From: Polyangiaceae bacterium
Lineage (GTDB): Bacteria; Myxococcota_A; Polyangia; Polyangiales; Polyangiaceae
Length of the DNA: 64,000 nucleotides
Direction: 5' to 3'
Assembly (NCBI GenBank): GCA_035063585.1
Contig: JAPSGB010000017.1
Coordinates: 1-64,000, forward strand
Shown here: one piece after another, positions 1-9,141 of the stretch
Layout of the letters: every line of letters starts with the position of its first letter
Numbering within the stretch: the first letter of the stretch is position 1
The notes under the pieces: model-generated
Seen by the model: only the letters and a program-made list of their open reading frames with translations
What the model was told of the DNA's origin: nothing
Databases searched by the model: none
Position numbers and translations under genes: made by a program

Positions 1-361
1 GACAACCACGTTTCGTGACGCGTTCCCGCGCCTCCACGCCGCCGGACGAGCCCCGGACGCGTCACGAATCGACCTCCTGACGGGGACAACCACGTTTCGT
101 GACGCGTTCGACGTCGGCGGCGAGCGACGGAACCCACGAGACGCGTCACGAATCGACCTTCTGACCGGGACAACCACGTTTCGTGACGCGTTCGACGTCG
201 GCGGCGAGCGACGGAACCCACGAGACGCGTCACGAATCGACCTTCTGACGGGGACAACCACGTTTCGTGACGCGTTCCCGCGCCTCCACGCCGCCGGACG
301 AGCCCCGGACGCGTCACGAATCCGCCTTGTCTCCGTGACAACCACGTTTCGTGACGCGTTC
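1..361. repeat. 84-bp-period tandem array: 54-bp constant repeat with 12-bp inverted ends + 30-nt variable segments (truncated by window start)
   Basis: GACAACCACGTTTCGTGACGCGTTC starts at 1, 85, 169, 253, 337. GACGCGTCACGAATC starts at 56, 140, 224, 308. The variable segments 26-55 and 278-307 are identical, as are 110-139 and 194-223. Confidence 0.95.
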
Positions 362-365
362 GTCC

Positions 366-454
366 CCGCACCGCACCGCGCTCGCCCGCGTGCCGCACCG
401 CACCGCGCTCGCCCGCGTGCCGCACCGCACCGCGCTCGCCCGCGCGCCGCACCG
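366..454. repeat. 27-bp tandem repeat (about 3.3 copies)
   Basis: CCGCACCGCACCGCGCTCGCCCGCG(T/C)G at 366, 393 and 420, partial copy at 447. Confidence 0.9.
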
Positions 455-612
455 AAACGCAGCTCGCCGAGCGACCGGGCCGCGACGCCGGCCGCGACGC
501 CGGCCGCGACGCGCCGGCAGGCTCCCCGGAGCGCCGGCGGGCCCGCGGAGTCCCGCGACGCGCCTCGCACCGCGCGTTGGCTCGCCGCTCCGAACGCGGT
601 AGGAGCGGGACG

Positions 613-2079
613 ATGCACATCCACCTCATCGCGGTCGCGGGCACCGGCATGGGCGCGCTCGCCGGGCTGCTCGCGGAGCTCGGCCACGACGTCTCGGGCA
701 GCGACGTCGCGTTCGATCCGCCGATCGGCCCCGCGCTCGCCGAGTGGGGCGTGCGGTGCCTCACCGGCTTCGACCCCGCGCACCTCGACCCCGCGCCGGA
801 CCTCGTGGTCGTCGGCAACGTCTGCAAGCGAGACAACCCGGAGGCGGTCGCGGCGTTCGAGCGCGGCCTGCGCGTCACGCACATCGCCGGCGCGCTCGCC
901 GAGTTCGCGCTCGGCCGCACCTCGCCGCTGGTCGTCGCCGGAACCCACGGCAAGACCACGACGACCGCGCTGGCGGCGTGGCTGCTCGACACGACCGGGC
1001 GAGAGCCGGGCTTCTTCGTGGGCGGCATCCCGAAGAACTTCGGCAAGGGGTTTCAGCCGGTCAAGAGCACGAAGATCCCGCTGCCGATGGGTGCCGGTCC
1101 GGCGCGGAAACCGCCTTTTGTGATCGAAGGGGACGAATATGACACCGCCTTCTTCGAGAAGACGGCGAAATTTCTCCACTATCAGGCCGAGGTCGTGATC
1201 CTCACCAGCATCGAGCACGACCACATCGACATCTACCCGACCCGTGAGGCTTACGAAGCGGTCTTCCGCGAGTTCATCGCCGGTGTCCCGGAGCGCGGGC
1301 TCATCGTCGCGAACTGCGCGGACGAGACGGTGGTCCGGCTCGTGAACGAGGCCGCGCGCGCGGAGGTCGCGTGGTACGCGCTCGCCGACGAGCCGACCCA
1401 CGGTCAAGCGCCGCACTGGCTCGCCGCGCCCGCGCAGACCGACCCGACCTCGAGCAACTTCGACCTATTCGTCGGCGGGGTGATGGCCGGGCGCTACGTG
1501 CTCTCGGCGCTCGGGCGGCACAACCTGAAGAACGCGGTCGGCGCGATCGCCGCGGTCTGCCAGGGCTATGGAGTGCGGCTCACCGAGCTCGCCGCGGGGC
1601 TGCCGCGCTTCGAGGGCGTCAAGCGACGCCAAGAGCTCATTGGCGAGCCGGGCGGCGTGTACGTGTACGACGATTTCGCGCACCACCCGACCGCGGTGCG
1701 AGAGACGCTCGCCGCGCTCCGCCAGCACCACCCGCGCGCGCGCCTGGTCGCCGTGTTCGAGCCGCGGAGCGCGACCGCGTGCCGGAGGCTCCACCAGGAG
1801 GCGTACGCGACGAGCTTCGACGCCGCCGACGAGGTGTGGCTCGCGCCGCTCGGCCGGAGCGGGCTCCCACCCGAGGAGCGGCTCGACGTCTCACGCTTGG
1901 TCACGGAGCTCGCGGGCCGCGGTCGCGCGGCGCACGAGGCCGCCTCGATCGACGCGATCGTGGAGGCGCTCCGGGAGAGCGCGGGGCCGGGCGACGTGAT
2001 TGCGGTCTTGTCGAACGGCGCGTTTGGTGGCATCCACGGGAAGCTCCTCGGAGCGCTGGAGAAGAAGGCTGAACCTTGA
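613..2079 (+). CDS. mpl: Murein peptide ligase (UDP-MurNAc:L-Ala-gamma-D-Glu-mDAP ligase)
   Basis: [18 protein letters not shown]-terminus, GTHGKTTT P-loop, [24 protein letters not shown] and SNGAFGGIH motifs; ATG 613 is preceded by AGGAG. Confidence 0.9.
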   Translation: MHIHLIAVAGTGMGALAGLLAELGHDVSGSDVAFDPPIGPALAEWGVRCLTGFDPAHLDPAPDLVVVGNVCKRDNPEAVAAFERGLRVTHIAGALAEFALGRTSPLVVAGTHGKTTTTALAAWLLDTTGREPGFFVGGIPKNFGKGFQPVKSTKIPLPMGAGPARKPPFVIEGDEYDTAFFEKTAKFLHYQAEVVILTSIEHDHIDIYPTREAYEAVFREFIAGVPERGLIVANCADETVVRLVNEAARAEVAWYALADEPTHGQAPHWLAAPAQTDPTSSNFDLFVGGVMAGRYVLSALGRHNLKNAVGAIAAVCQGYGVRLTELAAGLPRFEGVKRRQELIGEPGGVYVYDDFAHHPTAVRETLAALRQHHPRARLVAVFEPRSATACRRLHQEAYATSFDAADEVWLAPLGRSGLPPEERLDVSRLVTELAGRGRAAHEAASIDAIVEALRESAGPGDVIAVLSNGAFGGIHGKLLGALEKKAEP

Positions 2080-2564
2080 CTTGCGTCTGCGGAAAAGGCG
2101 AATCGAACGAGAGCTGCTGCCTGCCGGTGATCCGGGGCGAGCGGAAGGCCGCGACGGCGGAGGAGTTGATGCGCGCGCGCTACGCCGCGTACGCGCTCGG
2201 CGAAATCGACTTCGTCATCGACTCGCACGACCCGGACCGGGTTGGCGAGGTCGATCGCGACAACACCGAGATGTGGTCGAAGCAGTCCACCTGGCTCGGG
2301 CTCGAGATCGTCTCGACCGAGCAAGGAGGCCCGGAGGACGACACCGGAGTCGTCGAGTTCGTGGCGCGCTTCAAGATGAAGGGCGTGACCGTGCCGCACC
2401 ACGAGCGCGCGGAGTTCCGCCGGCACAACGGCAGGTGGGTGTTCGTCGACGGCAGGGAGCTGAACCCTCCGATGACGCGCTCGACCGCGCGGGTCGGCCG
2501 GAACGAGCCGTGCGTGTGCGGCTCCGGGAAGAAGTACAAGAAGTGCTGCGGCCAGGCGGCGTGA
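2076..2564 (+). CDS. ychJ: YchJ family protein with C-terminal SEC-C motif
   Basis: N-terminal CxCG...[30 protein letters not shown] and [18 protein letters not shown]; start overlaps the mpl stop. Confidence 0.85.
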   Translation: MTCVCGKGESNESCCLPVIRGERKAATAEELMRARYAAYALGEIDFVIDSHDPDRVGEVDRDNTEMWSKQSTWLGLEIVSTEQGGPEDDTGVVEFVARFKMKGVTVPHHERAEFRRHNGRWVFVDGRELNPPMTRSTARVGRNEPCVCGSGKKYKKCCGQAA

Positions 2565-2577
2565 GCGTGCCTGAGAG

Positions 2578-3351
2578 ATGAGCTCCCCCGAAGAGCTCGC
2601 GCGGCTCGCGCACGAGGTCGCGCGCGAGGCCGGCGCCCTCGTGCTCACCGGGTGGCGGCGGCACCCGCGGGCCACGCTGAAGGCGCGCGCCGATCTGGTC
2701 ACCGAGTACGATCTGCGGAGCGAGCGGCTGATCCGCGCGCGGCTCGGCGAGCGCGCGCCCGACTTGCCCATCGTCGCTGAGGAGGAGGGCGGCGAGCCCG
2801 CGCGCGGCCCGACCTTTTACGTCGATCCGCTCGACGGCACGACCAACTTCGTCCACGGCCACCATTTCTGGGCGGTGAGCGTCGGTGTGCTCGAGGGCGG
2901 CGAGCCGGTCGCGGGCGCGGTGGTCGCCCCCGCGCTCGGCGTCAGCTGGACGGGCTACCGCGGCGGGCCGGCGCTCCGCGACGGCGCGCCGTGCCGCGTG
3001 AGCGCGACCGCTGCCCTCGAAGATGCGCTGGTGGCGACCGGTTTCCCCGTGGACCGGGCGCGCTCGCCCGACGACAATTTCGACTCGTTCGTGCGCGTGA
3101 AGCGCGCGGCGCAGGGCGTGAGGCGCTGCGGCGCGGCCGCGATCGACCTCTGCCTGGTCGCCGACGGCACCTATGACGGCTACTGGGAGCGGCGGCTCCA
3201 CGCGTGGGATCTCGCGGCCGGCGCGGCGGTGCTCCTCGCCGCGGGCGGGCGCGTCTCCGCGCTCGACGGCGGCCCCGCGCGGCTCGAGGTCGGGCACGTG
3301 ATCGCCTCGAATGGGCTCATCCACGACGCGCTGGTCGCGTCCGTCGCATGA
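2578..3351 (+). CDS. suhB: Inositol monophosphatase family protein
   Basis: DLVTEYD, AEE, DPLDGTTNF, RRCGAAAIDL and WDLAAG motifs. Confidence 0.85.
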   Translation: MSSPEELARLAHEVAREAGALVLTGWRRHPRATLKARADLVTEYDLRSERLIRARLGERAPDLPIVAEEEGGEPARGPTFYVDPLDGTTNFVHGHHFWAVSVGVLEGGEPVAGAVVAPALGVSWTGYRGGPALRDGAPCRVSATAALEDALVATGFPVDRARSPDDNFDSFVRVKRAAQGVRRCGAAAIDLCLVADGTYDGYWERRLHAWDLAAGAAVLLAAGGRVSALDGGPARLEVGHVIASNGLIHDALVASVA

Positions 3352-3428
3352 CTGCTCGTGCGCTCAGTAGAGCCGCGCCCATCCGGTAGTTACTGGTAGC
3401 GCTCGGCGGAGTGGGCGAACATGGGAGC

Positions 3429-6143
3429 ATGGGACTAGGCGGCGAGCCCCCGCGCGGCAAACCGGCGGCTCCCCGCGCGCTTTCCGTCCCCCGACCCGCT
3501 GGGCCGCCGCGTCCGGCGGTCTCGGGAACGCGTCCGGCGGCGCCGCGCGACCCGCCGCCCTCGGTGCGCCCGGGAACGTCCATCGATCCGGCCGTGCTGG
3601 TGGTCGGCGCCGACGCGAGGCTCGGGGCCGCGCTCGCGCCCGCGCTCGCCAAGCATCGCGTGTTCGTCGAGACCACCTCGGTGGACCAGGTGATGGGCAG
3701 CGTGGTCGCGGCCGCGCCCGATCTCATCCTCCTGGTCGGCGACGCCGCCAAGGACTGCGGGAGCGCGGTGCTCGCGAAGCTCTCGAGCTCTCCGCTCTCG
3801 TCGGTGGTCCCCATCGCGATCCTCGACGACGACGCGGCGCTCGACGCGCGGCTGCGCGCGTTCCGTCACGGCGCAGCCGCGGTGATCCCACGCTCCGCGA
3901 GCGTGGACGCCATCGCGACCCAGATCGCGCGGCTCGCTCGTGAGATCCCCGACCGCGACGGCAGCGCGCTCGGTGACGTCGGCGAGGCGACGCTGCACGA
4001 GTTGCTCGACGCGCTCGGCAAGGAGCTTCGCAGCGGCGTCCTCTCGGTGGCGACCGAGGGCGGTCGCGAGCCGGTGCGGCTCGTGCTCGGCAGCGGGCAG
4101 CCGCTCGCACGCACCATCGACGATTTCGTCGCCGAGCTGAAGCGGCACATCGTGGTCGCCGAGCCGCTCCGCTACGAGTTCGACGAGCACGCGGGCGGCA
4201 CCGTCCAGCTCCTCGGCGGCGAGGGAGAGGTCGAAGCGGAAGAGCACGAGGAGCTCGCAGGGCTCCGCGTGCTCCTCGCCGACGACGACGCCGCGCGCGC
4301 CGACGCGGTGGCGCAGGAGCTCCGCGCGCGGGGCATGGTCGTGGTGGTGACCGACCTCGACCCGACCGGCGTGCGCTTCGCGCGGCTGCGCCAGCTCGAC
4401 CCTTCGATTCTGATCATCGGCGAGGAGCACGTCCACGGCGCCGGCTACGGTCTCCTACGGCGAATGCGCCGTGACACGCGGCTCCGCTGGCCCTCGCTCC
4501 TCGTCCTGCGGTGGAGCGAGGTGTGGGCCGACGCCGCGTCCTCCTCCGCCATCGATCGAATCACGACCACGCTCGCCTTGCTCGCCGAGGCGGAGACGTC
4601 GATCCGCACCTGGGCCGACGCGGGCGAGTCCTTCGACACTCGGCTCGAGGCGCTCGGTCCCATGCGGCTCGTGCGCGCGCTCGCGAGCACCGGGCGCTCG
4701 CTCGCGGTCGACATCATCAACCCGCGGATCGAGCTCCACCTCGATTTCAAGGAGGAGCTCGTAGTCGGCGCGACGGGGCGGACCCTCGATGAGCGAGCGC
4801 TCGCGCTCGAAGGGGCGACCGCGCTCGCCGCGCTCAGCCTGCTCGGCTCGGGGAGGGTCCGCATCGAGCCGTCAGAGCGCCCCGCGACCGCCAACCTGAT
4901 GGCCACCGCGGACGTCGCGCTCAACATGGCCGACGCGGAGCCGGCGCCCATCGCGCCGTCGGTGCCGGCCGCGCCGGACTCGACCCGCCCGGTCGCCGAA
5001 ATCCCACCCGCGCCGCGCGCGCCCTCGCTCCGCGCCTTCGAAGCGCCCTCGCTCCCGCCTATCGAGCCCGACTGGGAGCGCGCGGCGAGCGCTCCGAGGC
5101 CGCCCGCGCACCACCGGCGCGTGGGGCGCCGCGCCACCAAGACGCTCGCCATCGCCGGCGTCGCGCTCACCGCGCTCGGGGTCGGGGCGCTGGTCCTCGT
5201 GAGAGCGTTTCACGCACCGGCCGCCGGCCGCGCCGAGCCGACGGCCCTCACCCCTGCCCCGTCCGCGCGCACGCCGCGCGAGGCAGCGCTCCCGCCGAGC
5301 CCGAGGCCGAGCGCTGCGAGCGCGCCAGCGGAGCGCGCCGAACCCGCGACCACGACGCCGGACGAGGTGCCCGCGACCGCCCCGGCGGAGGCTCCGAACG
5401 GAGCCACGCTGCCGCGCGTCGCGGTGCGAACCGCGCTCCCGCGCTGCGACGCGCTCCTCTCCGGTGCGCCGCAGCGCGTCCGCGACGAGGCCGGGTTTCG
5501 CGCGCTCGGGGACGCCAACCGCGCGCTCATGCGCGGCGACGCGCCCGAGGCGGTGCGCGCGTTCTGCACCGCCGAGCGCGCCGAACCCTCGCGCTTCCAG
5601 GCGGCCACCGGGCTCGCGCGGCTCGCGCTCCTCAGCCACGACGCGAGCGCGGCCGAGGGCGCCGCGCGCCGTGCGCGTGAGGCGAAGCCCGACAGCACCG
5701 AGGGTGCGATGCTGCTCGGCGACGCGCTCGCGCTCGACGGACGATACGAGGACGCCAAGAAGCTCTGGCTGGAGACACGGGGCGCGAGCCCGAGCCGGCT
5801 CGAGCTCGACTCGCTCGCGCAGGGCAAGCGCTCGCTCCGAGCCGGAGATTTCGGGCGCGCCGAGCGCTACTATTTCCGCGCCATCGTGCTCGATCCGGGC
5901 GACGCGGACGCGGCGGTGGGCTTGGTGCGGACCACGCTCGCGCTCGGCGATCCCACCGGCGCGCGCGCGTGGGCGGAACACGCGACGCGGATCGCGCCGA
6001 AGAGCGCCAACGCGGAGGTGCTGCTCGGCGACGCGCTCAAGCGAGCCGGCGATCAGACCGGCGCGGATCGCGCCTGGCAGCGGGCGCTCGCGCTCGACTC
6101 CGCGAACCCCGACGCGCGTCGCCGCCTCGGGCTCGCCAAGTGA
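3429..6143 (+). CDS. Membrane-anchored signalling protein: two receiver-like domains, TM helix, C-terminal TPR repeats
   Basis: PDLILLVGD...AFRHGAAAVIP and LRVLLADDD...DPSILII receiver-like segments; hydrophobic LAIAGVALTALGVGALVLV; TPR-like repeats (LLGDAL..G...A..AWQRALALD). Start uncertain (3411 or 3429). Confidence 0.7.
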   Translation: MGLGGEPPRGKPAAPRALSVPRPAGPPRPAVSGTRPAAPRDPPPSVRPGTSIDPAVLVVGADARLGAALAPALAKHRVFVETTSVDQVMGSVVAAAPDLILLVGDAAKDCGSAVLAKLSSSPLSSVVPIAILDDDAALDARLRAFRHGAAAVIPRSASVDAIATQIARLAREIPDRDGSALGDVGEATLHELLDALGKELRSGVLSVATEGGREPVRLVLGSGQPLARTIDDFVAELKRHIVVAEPLRYEFDEHAGGTVQLLGGEGEVEAEEHEELAGLRVLLADDDAARADAVAQELRARGMVVVVTDLDPTGVRFARLRQLDPSILIIGEEHVHGAGYGLLRRMRRDTRLRWPSLLVLRWSEVWADAASSSAIDRITTTLALLAEAETSIRTWADAGESFDTRLEALGPMRLVRALASTGRSLAVDIINPRIELHLDFKEELVVGATGRTLDERALALEGATALAALSLLGSGRVRIEPSERPATANLMATADVALNMADAEPAPIAPSVPAAPDSTRPVAEIPPAPRAPSLRAFEAPSLPPIEPDWERAASAPRPPAHHRRVGRRATKTLAIAGVALTALGVGALVLVRAFHAPAAGRAEPTALTPAPSARTPREAALPPSPRPSAASAPAERAEPATTTPDEVPATAPAEAPNGATLPRVAVRTALPRCDALLSGAPQRVRDEAGFRALGDANRALMRGDAPEAVRAFCTAERAEPSRFQAATGLARLALLSHDASAAEGAARRAREAKPDSTEGAMLLGDALALDGRYEDAKKLWLETRGASPSRLELDSLAQGKRSLRAGDFGRAERYYFRAIVLDPGDADAAVGLVRTTLALGDPTGARAWAEHATRIAPKSANAEVLLGDALKRAGDQTGADRAWQRALALDSANPDARRRLGLAK

Positions 6144-6144
6144 C

Positions 6145-6906
6145 TCAGCGCCGGACGCGCTCCGGTCGCCCGAGGAACTCGAAGTGCATGGTGTCCTTCA
6201 GGTCGTCGTGGCCGAGCCAATAGAACCCGTAGCGCTCGAAGGCGTCGATCCAACAGCGGGGGAGCGACGTCTGCTCATAGGCCGACTTGGCCTCGCGCTT
6301 GCAAATCGGGTTGTCGGGCCACGGCTTCACGCAGCCGCAGCAAGGGTTTCGGTCGGGATCGATGTCGATGGCGAGGCCGAAGAGGTGGTTCGAGACCTCC
6401 CCTTGACGGTAGGTATTTTCCTGACGGAATCCGCCGATGGCCTTGGGCGTGTAGCGCTCGCGGGGCGCGCGACAGACCGCCTGGATCCGGCGCTCGACGC
6501 ACCCGAGCGCCGGCACCACGTCCTCGTGGAGGAGGATGGGTAAGCCGAAGAAGGTGGTCTTCTTCGCGTGCGAGAACGCGCGCTCCTTGTTGTAACGTTC
6601 GAGCCCGAGCCCGGGGACGCTCCCGTATTTCTCGGCGCGGTAGCGGAGCGCGCGCGTGTGCGCCTTGCCGTCGAGCCGGCCCCGCTTCACGAAGCTCGGG
6701 CGCTCGAGGAAGCGCTGCGGACGCTGCGGGCGGCACCGGCGCGTCGGCGATCGCTTCGCCGGCTTCGCCCGCTTCGCGGGCTTCGGCCGCCCCGAGGCCT
6801 GCGCCGGCGCGCGCGACTCGGCGCGGCCCGCGCCCGCGAAGCCGAGCACGAAGAGCGCGACGACGCCGAGCCCGACGAGCAGGGTGAGCAGGCGTCGATG
6901 CCCCAT
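6145..6906 (-). CDS. M15-family (D-Ala-D-Ala/L,D) metallopeptidase, exported
   Basis: Signal peptide; SNHLFGLAIDID (SxHxxGxAxD) and DTMHFE motifs. Confidence 0.8.
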   Translation of the reverse strand: MGHRRLLTLLVGLGVVALFVLGFAGAGRAESRAPAQASGRPKPAKRAKPAKRSPTRRCRPQRPQRFLERPSFVKRGRLDGKAHTRALRYRAEKYGSVPGLGLERYNKERAFSHAKKTTFFGLPILLHEDVVPALGCVERRIQAVCRAPRERYTPKAIGGFRQENTYRQGEVSNHLFGLAIDIDPDRNPCCGCVKPWPDNPICKREAKSAYEQTSLPRCWIDAFERYGFYWLGHDDLKDTMHFEFLGRPERVRR

Positions 6907-7061
6907 GGTCCCTTCTCGTAGCGCGCTCGAGCGCGTTTGTCCCGCCGGAGTGTCGGTCCGGCGCGGAACCCGGGCGTGGCCGGCTGCGCTCGCGCCACCT
7001 CCGGCCGGCGCGCCGACGCGCTACGCGCGCGCTCCCCGAACCTGCGCTACCCTCGTCGCCG

Positions 7062-8039
7062 ATGGTCCGCTCGCGCACGCACACCGCACCCCCGGGACCG
7101 CTCGCTCGGCCTTCCGTCGTCGGGAGGCCGCCCGACCACCGGCGCGAGGTCGGGTTCCGGGTCGCGCTCGCGCTCGCGCTCGGCGTCTCGGCCTGCGCGA
7201 CCGCGGGCTCCGCCTGGATGGAGCAACCGCTGCCTGGCGCGGACCCCGACGACGAACCGGGCTCGACGAGCGTGCTCGGGCCAGCGCCCAAACGAGCGGC
7301 CGGGCCGATGCGGGTCGAGCGGCGCGTCATCGGCGGCGAGGCGCGCGACGACGAGGGAAACGGCGAGGGCGACGAGGCGCCGGCGGCAGGGGCGCCAGGA
7401 CGAGGCGCGCGCGGGCCCATCGAGGGCAAGGTCCTCGGCAGCTTCCGCAACACCTACTACGACTTCCCCTCGGAGCGCGATTTCGAAGGCGAGAAGGTCG
7501 CGCTCAAGGACGCGAAGTGTAAGACCATCGAGGAGGTGCCGCGCGGCTTCTTCGAGGCAGTCTGCGTCCAGGGCAGCGGCACGCTGGCGCGCGGGGCGAC
7601 CGTGAGCTTTGCCAAGCGCGACTGCGAGTGCGCCGAGGTGTGTCCGCGCACGAGCCAGAAGATCTGCTTCGACGAGCTCGATCCGGCGCGGTTCCCCTGG
7701 GGGCGCGGCGCGGCCGGCGTGCCCATCACGCCGCTGCTCACGGTCGCCATGGACACGAGCGTGACGCCGCTCGGCACCGCGATCTATATCCCCGAGTACG
7801 ACGGCGTTCCGCGTGATCGCGGTGGGAAATCGTACCACGACGGCTGCTTCATCGTGCAGGACCGCGGGCTCAAGGTAGAGGGCAAGCACGTCGACATCTT
7901 CACCGGTGAACCCGCCATCACCCGCTTCTGGAACGGAATCGTGCCGAGCAATCAGGGCGTCACGGTGGTGCTCGACAGCCCGCGCTGCGCGCGGGCGACG
8001 CTCGAGCCGAGCGCGGTCGAGCGCGCTCGTCAGCGGTGA
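7062..8039 (+). CDS. 3D-domain (MltA-like) lipoprotein
   Basis: LGVSAC lipobox-like; VAMDTSVTPLGTAIYIP...VQDRGLKVEGKHVDIFTG three-Asp signature. Start uncertain. Confidence 0.75.
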   Translation: MVRSRTHTAPPGPLARPSVVGRPPDHRREVGFRVALALALGVSACATAGSAWMEQPLPGADPDDEPGSTSVLGPAPKRAAGPMRVERRVIGGEARDDEGNGEGDEAPAAGAPGRGARGPIEGKVLGSFRNTYYDFPSERDFEGEKVALKDAKCKTIEEVPRGFFEAVCVQGSGTLARGATVSFAKRDCECAEVCPRTSQKICFDELDPARFPWGRGAAGVPITPLLTVAMDTSVTPLGTAIYIPEYDGVPRDRGGKSYHDGCFIVQDRGLKVEGKHVDIFTGEPAITRFWNGIVPSNQGVTVVLDSPRCARATLEPSAVERARQR

Positions 8040-9109
8040 CGGCGGGTGAGCTCGAGCCGGTCGAGCAGCGCGCCGATACGACGAAATTTCTCGCCGCGGC
8101 CGAGCTGCAGGAGGTGCCCGCCGGGCCACGTCTCGAGCGGCGCGCCGAGGTGTAGCGAGAGTCATCGCGCATGCGAGATGGGCGTGATTCGATCGGCCTC
8201 GGCGCCAATGACCAGCATGCGCTCGGTGCTCACCACCGGCGCGCGGTGCAGGGGGCTCACCGCGCGATGCGCGTGCTCGAGCGCGCGGTGCTGCGCGGTC
8301 CGTTCGACACTCGAGGCTCCGAGCCGCCCTCGGTCGCGCGCGAAGTCGGCGAGCGAGGCCAGCGGGATCATCGGCACCGCGAAGGCGAGGGTGGGATCGA
8401 CCGTGGCGGCGAGCGCCGTCGTGTAGCCGCCGAGGCTCATGCCGACGGCGCCGACCGCAGGGTGTCCGCGCTCGCGAAGCCACGCGGCGAGATCGCCGAG
8501 ATCTCCCACCGCTTGCCGAAAGCCCTCGTTCGTGACGCGCGGGTCACTGCCTGGAAAGGGCGGCAGGGAGCCCTCGCGGCGCGCGCGTACCCCGTGGAAG
8601 GGCAGGACGAAGAGCGCCACATCGAGCCCGATCCGGAGCAGCCACTCGACCGGCCAGATCCGCTGCTCCAAGTCGTACTTCCCCCCGAGGTAGCCATGGA
8701 TGAGGACGGCCACCGGGCGCGGCTCGCGATGCGAGTAGAGCCGCGCCGCGGCGATGCGGTTCTCGGCGTGCCTCAGGTAACGCTCGGCGACCGCAGGAAG
8801 GAACGGCTCGAAGTCGCTCCGCCACGAGAGATCGGCGACGCGCACGTCACCGTCCTCGCGGACCCGGCGCCCCACCGGATCGATCGCGCGCGGCGCTCGA
8901 AACAGGTCCGCCTCGGGCGAGTAGGCCGCCGCGATAGCCTCGAGCGCCTTCATCCGCCCCGCGTGGTCGAGCCGAGCGGCCGTCCGCGGGCCGCGCGAGC
9001 GCCGGGCGCGCCCCTCGGCGGCGAGGGTCGCGAGGCGATCCACCGATGCGGCGGCACCCGCGATGACGAGCCGCGAGGCGCGGGCGAACATGCAAGCAGT
9101 ATCGTGCAC
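8030..9109 (-). pseudogene. Alpha/beta hydrolase interrupted by an in-frame TGA at 8162-8164
   Basis: IHGYLGG and GMSLGG nucleophile motifs, ADRITP. After the TGA the same frame reads LSLHLGAPLETWPGGHLLQLGR...RHR to a second stop at 8030-8032. Confidence 0.7.
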
Positions 9110-9141
9110 GCGCGCCCTCCGCGCCAGCCTCGCGGCGCGGC

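Noticed and set aside
1..361. Calling the left-edge array a CRISPR
   Set aside because: The repeat is 54 bp, spacers are duplicated (A-B-B-A), and no cas genes or AT-rich leader are visible. Kept as an unexplained repeat array.
335..1123. 262-aa ORF starting in the repeats
   Set aside because: Low-complexity translation of tandem repeats that overlaps mpl in another frame.
8162..8164. Selenocysteine recoding of the hydrolase TGA
   Set aside because: The position is not a Cys-type catalytic site and no SECIS-like hairpin was recognised; a nonsense mutation or sequencing error is simpler.
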